Assembly (NCBI GenBank): GCA_002104905.1
Contig: MCFE01000683.1
Coordinates: forward strand, 1 to 46,103
Direction of reading: 5' to 3'
DNA length: 46,103 bases
Origin: Basidiobolus meristosporus CBS 931.73
Lineage: Eukaryota > Fungi > Basidiobolomycota
How positions within the stretch are numbered: the first letter of the stretch is position 1; every line of letters begins with the position of its first letter. The notes beneath the pieces were generated by a model. It saw nothing but the letters and a program-made list of their open reading frames with translations, searched no databases and was not told where the DNA came from. This document shows, in pieces, positions 12,887 through 26,623 of this stretch. The position numbers were made by a program, and so were the translations under genes.

Positions 12887-14575
12887 ATGGATTACAACCC
12901 AGTCGCCCAACAACAACTAATGTAAGTCCTGAATCTAGCTTTTTTTCCATAATTTCTAGCGGAACGTGCTGACATGACCCGTCAACGCAGTTTATGTTGT
13001 TCTTGCGGTACCCCCATCCCGCCGAACCCGGCAAACATGTGCCTCAACTGCATTCGTAACGAAGTCGACATCACTGAGGGAATACCCAAGCAAGCCACTT
13101 TGCATTTTTGCCGCAACTGTGAGAGGTACCATCAACCACCAAATCTTTGGGTTAGCTGTCAACTCGAATCCAGGGAACTTTTGGCACTGTGCTTGAAGAA
13201 ACTCAAGGGCCTGAATAAAGTTCGACTTGTTGACGCCGGGTTTATCTGGACCGAACCTCACTCGCGTAGAATCAAGGTTAAACTCACTATTCAGAAAGAG
13301 GTACAGTTGATGATTTAAATCACCCGCTAAACAGCTCTTCTGACACGTCTTGGCTGCTCCCTTCAAGGTGTTCGCTTCTACAATCCTTCAACAAATCTTT
13401 GAGGTTGAATTTGTGGTTTCTACCCAGCAATGTGAAGAATGTACCCGTGTGGCTGCTCAGAACACCTGGAAAGCCACAGTACAAGTGAGACAGAAGGTAG
13501 GAGTCAATCATGGTAACGATGATTTCCGCAAGGTTATTCACGAGTCTTTGTTTAAACCTAGGTCAACCACAAGCGCACTTTTATGTATTTGGAGCAGCTT
13601 ATCCTCAAGCATAACGCTCACAAAGACACAATCAACATCAAGGAGGTTAGAGACGGACTTGATTTCTTCTACGCGCAACGTAGTCACGCCGTAAAAATGG
13701 TGGAGTTCCTGAGCGCGGTCACACCTGTTCGCTCCAAAACTTCCGAGCAGCTCATTTCTAGCGATATTCATAGTGGCACCTCGAATTACAAATTCACTTA
13801 CTCTGTCGAGATTGTGCCCGTCTGCAAGGATGATTTGGTTTGCTTGCCTGTCAAACTCGCCAGATCCCTCGGCAACATCCAGCCCTTGGTACTCTGCACC
13901 CGTATCGGAAACTCCATTCATGTTTTGGACCCCAACACCTTGGAGTCGGCCGATATCACCAACTCGGTTTATTGGAGAAATCCATTCGATTCCCTGGGTA
14001 CGGTCAAAGACATGGTGGAATACTACGTTTTGGATGTTGAAGTGTTGGGCGTGGTTCGTGGGAAGCATGTTTTGGCTGATGTCATGGTTGCTCGTAGCAG
14101 CGACTACGGCAAGAATGACACCACTTTCTTTGCCCGCTCCCATCTCGGAGGTATATTGAATATGGGGGATACCGTCATGGGATATGATCTCACAAGGGCC
14201 AACTTCAACAACAATGACTTCGATTCCCTAAACAGAAACGCCCTTCCCGACGTCATTCTGGTCAAGAAGAGTTATCCTAACCGCAAGAAGAAGAACAAGC
14301 GTCAATGGAAGCTCAAGAACTTGAACAAAGAGGAAGAGGAAATGCTACCAAGAAAGCAAGACCAGGAGAAGCTCGAGCAAGACTTTGAGCTGTTTCTGCG
14401 TGATCTGGAGGAGGATCCTGAGCTTCGTTCTACCATCAACCTTTACCGCTCGGATCAAAAGCCAGATGTTAATGCCATGGAGACCGACGGAGAAATGACC
14501 GACATGGAGGATGAAAACGCACCGGAGATTCCTTTGGAAGAGCTTCTTGAGGATTTGGATATCAATGATGACTAG
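12887..14575 (+). CDS. NMD3: 60S ribosomal export adaptor Nmd3; multi-exon
   Basis: CCSCGTPIPPNPANMCLNC, FIWTEPHSRRIKVKL, LYLEQLILKH, PDVILVKKSY, LRDLEEDPELRSTINLY; canonical GT-AG introns. Confidence 0.97.
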
Positions 14576-15125
14576 AGTTTTAGATGCAACTTGCATGTCT
14601 TATATATATGTATCGAATGGTATTATGAACTGGTTGTTTGTTCTTGTTTCTTCACGGCATCGTTTGCCGGCCACCCTTTGTCTGTAATTCATATTTCCCG
14701 TTTGCTCTGCGGCACTGTATCTTGATCTGGTACGCAGCAACCTAATCACCATATAATAATAGATCCAATAAATCCCCAAACCATCAAGATGTGCCTTGCC
14801 ATCTCGCATCTGAAATCCAGAACCTCCCCGCTGCTACTCTAGACAGCCCCATAAATCTCGGTTACTCCACGGCAGAGGGATCCCAGCTATTCTGTGTGCG
14901 CCATTATCCACAAAATTTACGAGCTGGCGAAACCAATCATTGCCGCCGAAGCATCCACTTCGAGTTGAAAAGTACGCTCCCCAATTTGTTCTCAACAAAA
15001 AGGTATGGGGAAGTCACGTGAAACTCCCTTGATCCATTACAAAAAAGTGGGGTTAATACATCAGTTTATGTACACACAAGTTGCAGCGAAGAGAGAGTGC
15101 TTTTATCGACTTCACTATTCGCACG

Positions 15126-16097
15126 ATGTTCGCTCATGTCGGTTTAAACCTTGTTGCCAAGACCTCTACTGGTTAGTATTCACGCCCAGGCCTGGGAACA
15201 ATCCTGTAATAAAGCCTGGCAAACTTGTTACACATGCTCACTAACAAATTTCCCAGCTTCCGCTATCCGCACGTTGGCAGTTAGAGCCCCCATTGCCAGT
15301 CAGAAGCAGAGACTTTTCCACTCCACCTCCAAAGATGAAAGCGAGAATGGTAAGTGCTTCACTAAGGAGACCGTTCCCTGACCTGCCATGGTGGCCTACA
15401 GCATCTTGGGCAAGACCGGTCAGCCTCGCATACCCCAGAAAAGTAACCCAACTTCCTCTTCCCCAGCCGTCGCTGCCCCTAAATTCACAACCGTTGGCGA
15501 ACCCAACAGCGTTGCCCGTAAGTAACCCGTTGTAGTTGAGGCTGTTTTCCTTCTTGCTCAAATCTATCCCTTCAGAAATCGCACTTTCCACCGTTGATAA
15601 ATTGGTCAATTGGGGTCGTACCAGTTCTATCTGGCCCATGACTTTCGGTCTCGCTTGTTGCGCCGTAGAGATGATGCACATGGCCGCCGCTCGTTACGAT
15701 CAGGATCGTATTGGTATCGTCTTCCGTGCCTCCCCTCGTCAATCCGATGTCATGATTGTCGCCGGCACGCTTACCAACAAGATGGCTCCCGCATTGAGAA
15801 AGGTTTACGATCAGGTATTGGCTTGGAAATGGAATTTTCATATCGCGGACGCTCGGTTAACCCGAATTCACCTAGATGCCTGAACCTCGTTGGGTCATCT
15901 CCATGGGATCATGTGCCAACGGCGGTGGTTATTACCATTATTCCTACGCTGTTGTTCGTGGCTGCGATCGCATCGTGCCCGTTGACATTTATGTCCCAGG
16001 CTGTCCTCCCACCGCCGAGGCTCTGATGTACGGTGTGATGCAGTTGCAAAAGAAAATGAGAAGAGGACGTGTAGCCACCATGTGGTATAGAAAGTAA
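15126..16097 (+). CDS. NDUFS7: NADH:ubiquinone oxidoreductase PSST (20 kDa) subunit with mitochondrial presequence; multi-exon
   Basis: [78 protein letters not shown]; N-terminal exons encode [25 protein letters not shown]. Confidence 0.97.
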
Positions 16098-16384
16098 AGC
16101 CCCATTTGCATCCAGCCAAAGTGTTCAATCATATCATTTCTTTCCAATATCTTCCGTCATCACCAACGCGGCTTGATATGGAACAGATCCACCTTCACAC
16201 TTTCTCTCATTTTCACTCCCCCGAACCCTAACTCCCAGCCCCAACTGCCTCGTCCATCGGACCAAGGTGGCCCTGGGGCATTTAAAGTTCAATAAAATAT
16301 GCTGTATATTTATAATATGGAACTGAATCGCGGTCAAGGGAAGGTTTATTTTTCAATCGGTTCTATAAAACAAATGTGTATCGA

Positions 16385-18335
<1,951 letters not shown>

Positions 18336-19462
18336 GAAGTATACTACAAGGTGGGGATTTCGGTTATGAATGAACTTCTACCGGACATGGTTGCGTTTAT
18401 ATTTTTGACTGGACCATGCCAACAAATTTGGGAACCGGTGGTTGATTGGACCAGGACAGATGGGCCTCGTGTCTGGACAGTAGGGAGGAGCCTATTTTGG
18501 GCGACGTCAGTAACTGGATATTTCGGTTGCATTTGTGATTTGAAATTGTTCAAAAGAGTCGTACATTCTACAGTGATAGAAGGCAAAGAGGCTAGAATGT
18601 AGAGATAAACAAATATCGCAAATCTTGGCTTATTCGCCATCTTGGAGATGTTCTAGACAGGGAAATTAAATTAGGTGGAGCTCCTCCAAGTCTTGGCTCG
18701 CGGAATAATTCGGCCATTCCTTACACTATCGAACCAGGGATAAAATGGTACAGTGGGGAGGGTGGCAGTGAAAAGTGCTCCTCATGACAAGACTCGCTCG
18801 AATGCCCCGTCTCATTGCAGAGAATCTAGATTCAGTAAAAGCTTGAGCGTTTCTTTGATTTCTTGTACACGATTTTGAAATGATAAGTCGTCACCTTGAC
18901 CACCGATCCTAGATCAATTTGAAATCTTCACGTAATTCCATTACTGCACTTCACCAGTAGCTAGGAAGCCAGCAAGCCGTGTCAAATGCACATGTCTTTT
19001 TCTAACCTTATCGATCAACCAGTCTTCCCCAATCCAGTAATATGTCGGTTACCGACATTCTGAATTTAGACTGCTTTGCTTGGTATCCATCTGGTGTTAC
19101 TTTGAACCATTATGCTTGGTTTATTGAAAATGTTGGGCCATAAATCCAGGCATTACTCTGCACTCACATATTTGGTCTACTGTTACAGCGATTTGATTAG
19201 GAATAACGAAACCAAGTCACCTCAAGCTGGCCTAGAAAGATCACTTGAACAAATGCCGGATAATCGCATATGGTCGATGGCAGCATATTCCTGGGATAAA
19301 TCAGTGCAAATCAATCAGGAATTTAAACAGGATTATTGAAGCACCGACCTGATACGTTTGGCTTTCCGGAAACTTCAATCCTGCCGTAAATAAATCACTT
19401 ACTATTCACCTAACATTATTCATTTATTCTCTAATGATCTTGCATTTTTCCATGTTTTCCTT

Positions 19463-21449
19463 ATGTCTTTCTTTCGCTCAGTGAACAGCGACTCCGAGGA
19501 GACATGCTCCGATATCGAGGATTCTCCTTCCTACTCAGACAGTGAGACAGAGCCTCAATCTGTGGAGTTCGAGGACGACAGCCAGCTTCTCTCGGAAGTT
19601 ACCTTTGATTTGCCGGACAGGCATAGCATTTTAGAGGAGCTGAGGAAGGATAATAAAAATGTATATAATCGTCTGAAATCGGTCCTGACAGATGCAGAGT
19701 TCGTAGAGAAGGTTGCCGAGGCGTTTCCCAAACTTCCACTCGTCGGTAAGGATCTCTTTATACGTAGCGGGTGGAGCCTCCGAACTTGATTTCCAGAAGC
19801 CGCATGCCCCGAGAAACTAACGTAAACCAATTGTTCATTTATTAGCAAACGAAAGGTGCGGTACTTGGTACGTTCGACCCCAAAAGGTAAGTGATCTGGG
19901 CAGAGTTTGCACTACTCCAATGCTGTGAATGTTGTCTAATTCGGATATATCTGGACCCGCCAACCTCAGTTATACTATCAAACGGTATACTTCAAGTCAA
20001 CTGACGGACACACCGGGAAGTGGAACTTCAATCTAAGGCGGATGAATCTTCACCTGCTCGATATCATCGAAAAACATAACGGCTGTATTCTGGTAGATTC
20101 TACCAGGCGTGGTAAGCGTGTTCCCGACTCACTGTCCAAAACAGTTCCCATTTGGTGCTGTGTGGTGAACAACGCGATTCATCGCTGGCGCCAGGAACAG
20201 CTCATGAATGGCGGGCCAGACTCGAGGGAGGTTCCCTCCGACTGGGATCTGGAATTCCACTCTCTGCCGTCGGTCATCTCAGCTTCAGAGCATAGCCAGA
20301 TTTGCGAAAGAATCCCATCTTTTGTCGACAAGCTTATGGTAGTTCCAACAGTGTGAATCCTCCCTTGAATTTCATCTAATCTTCCTGACCGTCCCAGTCT
20401 TCCGGAATCGATTTATCCAAATTGTCCTCTCTTTTGCAAAAGCCACTACGCCCTTTGTGGTTTACTCCACAGTCGCAAATTCCAGCAAATCCATGGGTTG
20501 AAAGTGAGACGTTTCATCCAGTGCTATGCCTAAGCGCTTCTCGTCAAATCAAGTCTGCCATGGAGCCTCAACCCGGTTATATGTACATCCAAGGGGCTGC
20601 CGATGATCATGAATGTTGGGCAATGGTAATATAGCTGCACCGATCCGAACAAAGTCCATTGTATGTTGACCCATATGCACCCTCCTTATAGGGCCTAACA
20701 CCCTCACTATTCTGGGAGCATCATGAAGAAATACTTACCGATGGTGCGGCCACATGTGAACGTCGGGTACAAGAGATTGTGGCCAGTGCTAAGAATACAC
20801 TGAACAACGAAGGCGAACAGTGGCTCAACAAGGCCGGAAAGCCGATACAGCCTCCATACGATTTCATCAAGGGGACCGTTATAGCCATTGGGAGTCGTAC
20901 CAGCGGTATACCAACCTGAATTATGTCAAGCTAATCGCATCTAACAACATTGAGTTTAGGGCGCCCTCCTCAATGCTGGAGTGCCTTCAATAGCATCATC
21001 AATTGCTGTGAGCTCGAGTATACAGAGAATCTAGATGCCACTCACCAGAATACCTATTTACACCTGAACATACCTGAAGGGAAAAAAGGCCAAGCCACCT
21101 TATTGGAATTGATACCAAAGGCACTGGAGTTTGCTAAGCAAAAGTTGGCAGAAAACCAGTCAATTCTCGTGCATTGTGCCCAAGGTAAAGATCGTTCAGT
21201 TGGAATCGCCCTTGCCATTATGGTCCATTATTACGATAGGGCAGGTAATGTTGTTCTGGAGGGCGTTCCGAAATCCCAAGTGACAAAGGAGTTGATCCAA
21301 AGGAAGCTCCTTCAGATCATTGAATCGCATCCTACGGTAAGTTTGCTCCATGGGTCCAGCTTTGAGAGCGAGTTACTGATGATCAATGTTAGGCGTCACC
21401 TTCTCGAGCAACGCTTAAAAAAATCAACACCTTCTTCATGTGTTCGTAA
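19463..21449 (+). CDS. RIT1: Initiator tRNA phosphoribosyl transferase Rit1; multi-exon
   Basis: ANERCGTWY, YFKSTDGHTGKWNFNLRRMNLHL, LVDSTRRGKRVPDSLSKTVPIWCCV, YIQGAADDHECWA; C-terminal DUSP-like domain; last exon ASPSRATLKKINTFFMCS*. Confidence 0.93.
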
Positions 21450-22155
21450 ACTTTGGTCCGTGGGGTATAGATTAGATATATATAAAGATTCTACAATAGT
21501 AATATAGATTTCAAGTGGGAATATTTGAAGTAGTTGTTGGATATGGTTTTTCTGCTGATCCTCAGCGCATGATTGATTTGGATAAAGCGAATAAATCTTG
21601 GTACCATAGTGTCTCCTACGGCTCCTGTGAGCTTCCTTATTGTGCTACCTCGGATGCACTGCAGCTGTGTACCCCATAAGCCCATATTTGGTTGGGCATT
21701 TCAAGTCGCTCCAGTCCATTCGTTTCTTCCTTGGATTGTGTCCTGGAACGCTCCTGAAAGCCTGATTTCTCTACCTTGGCCAATCTGCCTTTAGCATAGG
21801 AAGTCCCGATGATTAGCGCTGATCATATTCAGGAGCAGGCTACGTTGCTCAGCCTCCTCAACCAGTGGGTGCAAAATCACCCACCTTTCTCATCTCAATA
21901 TTCACCATGCTCTTCGTAAGGGATCTGGATACGCATCTCCGTTTATTGACTAGCGCTCGGAATACGTCACAGCGTGCAGTAATATGCTTCTAATCAATGG
22001 TTGGCTCGCGAGCATACTCCATAGATTTGATCCGGGTATCTTCAAGCGCATTAATTCAAGGTAGCACCATATATTCATTAGTGATCCATCACGTAGAGAC
22101 CATGGAGGGGGCAGCGGGTAGAAAAGGAGTGGTGCTTCACATGACGCTCCCACTG

Positions 22156-22163
22156 TATAAATA
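22156..22163 (+). promoter_or_regulatory. Candidate TATA box of the alpha-amylase gene
   Basis: TATAAATA ~80 nt upstream of the ATG at 22241. Confidence 0.4.
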
Positions 22164-22240
22164 CTCAGCCTGGCAGATGTGGAGAGAGCACCAGCTTTCA
22201 TATTAGCTTACCGACATCTCTTCAGCCTACAGACATCAAC

Positions 22241-23698
22241 ATGGGTAACGAAACTATGATCCAGTTCTTCGAATGGCATCTTCCTGTTGACCACAAGCAC
22301 TGGCAACGTCTCCAGGAGCGCGCGGAAGAGCTGGCAGGTCTGGGGATCACTGGGGTTTGGATCCCCCCTCCCACCAAAGGCCAAACGAAGGATGATGTGG
22401 GGTACGGGGTGTATGACTTGTGGGATCTCGGAGAGTTCAATCAGAAAAACACTGTCGCCACCAAGTACGGGACCAAGGAGGAGCTCGTCAATGCTATCAA
22501 CAAGTGCAAAGAGCACGGGCTGCAGGTGTATTGTGACGTAGTACTGAACCACAAGGCTGCTGCGGACGAGACAGAGAAATTTCAAGCGATTGAGGTGGAT
22601 CAAGAGGACCGTGAAAATGAAATCTCCGAACCACATGACATTGTGGCTTGGACAAAGTTCACTTTCCCGGGCCGCGAGGATAAATACTCGGCGTTCAAGT
22701 GGAATTTCAACCATTTCACTGGCACCGACTGGGATGAGGAGAGCAAGAGGAAGGGAGTCTTCCGGATTGTAGGCGAGAACAAGTCATGGGCCGAGGGGGT
22801 CGATGACGAGTTTGGAAACTACGATTACTTGATGTTTGCCAACATCGACTACAGCCACCCCGATGTACAAGAGGAAACCAAGAAGTGGGCGGTTTGGGTT
22901 TCCAAGGAGCTTCAGCTCTCGGGATTCCGCATTGATGCAGCCAAGCATATTGACGGAAACTTCATCTACGAGTTGATGAAGCATGTGCGCCAGGAATTAG
23001 GCAACGACAAATTCTACGCTGTTGGCGAGTTCTGGAAGAGTAGCATTGAGGCGGTGGACGCCCATCTGGAGAATGTCAACTACTCGATTGACCTGTTCGA
23101 TGTCCCCTTGCACTACAATCTCAGCGAGGCCTCGAACAAAGGTAACGAGTACGATCTCCGGCAATTGTTTGATGGCACCATTGTCGCCAAGCACCCAACC
23201 CACGCTGTCACCTTCGTCGACAACCACGACTCACAGCCTGGTGAGTCACTTGAGTCTTGGGTTCAGGATTGGTTCAAGTCTCATGCGTATGCAATCATCT
23301 TGCTACGCGATCAGGGATACCCATGCGTGTTCTACGGTGATATGTACGGAATAGGAGGTGAAGAGCCAGTGCCACCCAAATACGATTCAATCAAGCAGCT
23401 TCTCTTAGCGCGTAAAGAGTATGCGATAGGCGAGACTCGGGATTATTGGGACCATGCCAACACTGTTGGTTGGGTGCGTATGGGCCAAGAGGATGACAAG
23501 AGTAAGGCATGCGCCGTGGTGCTAACCAACGGAGAAGCTGGCGAGAAGCGAATGGAGGTTGGCCAGGACCGTGCAGGACAGAAATGGCGTGACTTCCTTG
23601 GCAACTGTGAAGAAGAGGTGGTGATCGAGGAGGATGGGTGGGCCAACTTTAAGGTAAATGACGGCTCTGTTTCGGTCTGGGTGCCAACCGAGGCTTAA
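22241..23698 (+). CDS. Intronless cytoplasmic alpha-amylase, GH13 subfamily 5 (bacterial liquefying type), 485 aa
   Basis: TMIQFFEW, GYGVYDLWDLGEFNQK, DVVLNHK, NYDYLMFANIDY, catalytic GFRIDAAKH / VGEFW / FVDNHD, GYPCVFYGD; no signal peptide, no introns. Confidence 0.95.
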   Translation: MGNETMIQFFEWHLPVDHKHWQRLQERAEELAGLGITGVWIPPPTKGQTKDDVGYGVYDLWDLGEFNQKNTVATKYGTKEELVNAINKCKEHGLQVYCDVVLNHKAAADETEKFQAIEVDQEDRENEISEPHDIVAWTKFTFPGREDKYSAFKWNFNHFTGTDWDEESKRKGVFRIVGENKSWAEGVDDEFGNYDYLMFANIDYSHPDVQEETKKWAVWVSKELQLSGFRIDAAKHIDGNFIYELMKHVRQELGNDKFYAVGEFWKSSIEAVDAHLENVNYSIDLFDVPLHYNLSEASNKGNEYDLRQLFDGTIVAKHPTHAVTFVDNHDSQPGESLESWVQDWFKSHAYAIILLRDQGYPCVFYGDMYGIGGEEPVPPKYDSIKQLLLARKEYAIGETRDYWDHANTVGWVRMGQEDDKSKACAVVLTNGEAGEKRMEVGQDRAGQKWRDFLGNCEEEVVIEEDGWANFKVNDGSVSVWVPTEA

Positions 23699-24545
23699 TA
23701 CGGCACGAATCAAAATGGTGGCATGAGGCTTGTTATTCCCAACCTAGAATGGTACCCCTCGAAAGCAAATGGAATGTTAATGACGTGTACCTTCAAGACT
23801 ATAGTTTAAATAAATTACGTTGTGCCTTGGAGCCCCTAATGATCCCAATCCCGATGACATTTGGCTGTGATTGACTCCTAGACTACTCAGACATAGACGG
23901 CTCTTAGCAGGTGCACTCGAATGTCAACACCATTCTGTAGCGCACCAAGCTTCTTTGTCTGAGACAAGAATGTGGTTTAGAGTGTGTTGCTGATGATGGT
24001 CTCACCACAGTGTGTGGGCAGGTTGTAGGTTCCCTCGCTGGCGATTCTCTCCCGTCAGTTAGACTCCATTTGGCCGAGGAGGTGCCACCTTTGGTCTCCA
24101 GCCAATCAACCCACTCAGCCGTAGATATTAATTTCGAAACGACTGAAACTGACTCTTGATAGCATGCCATTCAGCGATGCTCGGATCTGGCCTACGCATT
24201 CTGGGAGTATCCAAGGAACTCGGTCACACTACCAGATTAGCTGCCTAGTCCATGATCACTTGATCCTCAACGACTGGGGTCGGAGGTGGAATATCTGTCA
24301 TTGTAGATCATGCCAATCAATTTAGCCACTGGACCACTTGCACATACACTTGGCACGGCGGTTGAAGGCAGCCTGGATATCCAAATGAGCCAACTCGCTG
24401 AGTCAAATGAAAAATTAAGGGGTTGCCCACTACCATTGAATGGGTGTTACCGCGGAGATTTCGGCGGATTGCCTAGAATCACCCCCATTGAAAAGCCACA
24501 GCTGGGCAGCCCATCGTATGGTTCGAACAGACTCAAAAACGGAGT

Positions 24546-25068
24546 TCAACAGCAGCATTTTTCAGCTGAAAATGGACTATAAGATCCGCCGGTCCGATAA
24601 AATCTGTTTGACATTGGGCTTGCATCTAATGTAGACTTTTCCGCGTTGAAACTCTCCGAGTGATTCGGTGCTAGGTTGTTTCTGAAGAGTGCATCTTTAA
24701 GGAAATCATCGATTTTCACCACAACATTGAAGAGCCGGTCATGTAAGCAATCGCCTGTCAGGACGTTCTCTTCGTGGTGTTCCACCTGGAACAGCTATGG
24801 GGTTGAAATTGCCCCATGATTCCGAGAGCGCTTGGAAAGGTCCCATCACCCTTGGTGCGAGATTGGAGTAGCCACTACCGATTTGGTATTTGTCGCTCTC
24901 TGGGTTCTCAGGCAGGTTAAAATGGTTTCGATACCTGTGCGAATGAAGGGTTGACGTCTCGCGGGGATTTTGGCTGCCCGCTATCCTTGGTGTAGAGCTT
25001 CTGTTGCCCCCATTGAATTGGTTGGCAAGTTTCTGCTTGGTTTCACATTTAGGAGTGATGTGGACCAT
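24546..25068 (-). CDS. Hypothetical two-exon gene (3' extent uncertain; may continue towards 23904)
   Basis: ORFs 24739-25077 and 24546-24785 can be joined by a ~60-nt GT...CCAG intron; no recognisable domain. Confidence 0.25.
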
Positions 25069-25473
25069 AATGCTCAAGGGGTATCGACCAAACTAAAATT
25101 AGATAGATTACTAACGCGATATGGAATCAACTGAATCTTCGTAAATATCGTTCTACGCTTGTTCTCACAAGTCTCTTTACCGCTACCGCTGAATGTTTTA
25201 GTATCTGGGACAAATACTTGAATTTAGCCTCGAATATGCATCCTCTCAGGAGAACGGAATAATATCATTGATTGCGGATCTCACTGTTGACAAGCGTACT
25301 GGTTACCCGTCAACAACCACCCTGTATCTGACTATAAAACCAACCTTCGTCGCTGAAATCTATATTCATAATTCGGAGCTCAACACACCCCAGACAGCAG
25401 TGTCTTATCAACACTATCCAGTGCCTCGTAACCCTGCAGCCCTCTGCTTGTCTAATAACAACGTAAACTCAGA

Positions 25474-26623
25474 ATGTCAGGTTCGTACTCTCAAAGCAGT
25501 GGTTGGCGGAGCCTATGTTGATTTCCCTTTCTTGATAGATCACGACACAACCTCTTGGGTAATGATGGTGGCCGATGTGTTCATTTCTATGTCTTACATG
25601 GCAATCCCGATCGAAATCTTCTTCTTCCAGCGTACCCTCACTCTGCCGCTGCCCATGCTCTACAAGAGTGTCCTGCTTCTTTTCGAAGCTTTCATCACTG
25701 CTTGCGGAGCCACCCACTTGGTGACCGTCTGGAAACCTTTTGCTAACACTGAGGTGGCCCTATGTGTTGTGAAGGTTGTCACAGCAGTCATCTCGACGCT
25801 CACGGCGATTCTGCTGATCCAGGTATTCCCCAAGGCGTTCTCGCTACCCGCGAGAGCCGCCTGGTTGGAGGAGGAGTTGGGATCTCACATGCGGCACGAG
25901 CAATCGCTTCGAATGGCCAACGACCTGCTGCTCAAGTTCCGCAAAGTCACCCAGCATATTCGCAGGACACTCGACACCAACTCCGTCTGCCAGACATCGG
26001 TGTTTGAGCTCTCTGTGACCCTGGGGGTGGGTTGTGCGATCTACATGAAAGAGGGAGACACCTATGTGTGCACCCACGAGGACTACAGACATGTCAATGA
26101 TCATTCACTCCGCCACTCGGACAAGAACATCTTCTGGCAGAAGATCAGGATATCCAAGGAGAACAAGATGATCACCAGGATGGCCACCCTCTCATACGCC
26201 TGTTGCCTTAACAAGAGAGATCTCAGTGACATGGTGGGGGAGGGGGTGAACCTGCCATTCAAAGCGGCCATGGGGGTCCGCTTCAAGATCGATGGGAAGG
26301 ATTCCGGGTTCGTGCTGATCTACTCGAGTGAGGAGACATGGAGCTTACCGGAGCAGGAGGTGGAGCTGTTTGAAGATATAGTAGGCCAAATTGAGATCGC
26401 TCTTCAACAATCTTCGCAGCTATCGAAGGAACATGGATGGAAATCCCCCAGTTCAAAGCTTACCCAGAGTATAGAAACTCCGGGACATGCTGATGAGCGA
26501 GGACTAGGATCATTACGACAAAGTGCAGCGGAAGCAACGCTGCCTTCTTCATCACCTCCACCATTTTCGAACCATGGTCAAGAGTACGAGGTATATGATA
26601 TTGAGCCTAAATACTGGCATTAA
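25474..26623 (+). CDS. Ethylene-receptor-like membrane protein A (ETR1-type ethylene-binding domain + GAF, no kinase), 363 aa; exons 25474-25480, 25539-26623
   Basis: ADVFISMSYMAIP...LFEAFITACGATHL...VKVVTAVIS aligns with Arabidopsis ETR1 (SDFFIAIAYFSIP...QFGAFIVLCGATHL...AKVLTAVVS). IRRTLDTNSVCQTSVFEL resembles the ETR1 GAF start IRSTLDRHTILKTTLVEL. 58-nt GT-AG intron after ATGTCAG. Confidence 0.9.

Noticed and set aside
18344-18640. 98-aa ORF with a hydrophobic N-terminus ending 8 nt before the CYP51 ATG (uORF or secreted peptide)
   Set aside because: It overlaps the likely CYP51 core promoter (TATAAA-like element near 18400); no homology or splice support.
19463-21449. RIT1 (modifies initiator tRNA) lying near elements primed by initiator tRNA
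   Set aside because: RIT1 is a housekeeping gene more than 13 kb from either TE cluster; nothing suggests more than coincidence.
25268-25473. ORF-track N-terminal extension of receptor A (451 aa)
   Set aside because: It starts at TTG and reads through an evident intron; the spliced model (ATG 25474) mirrors paralog B's exon structure.
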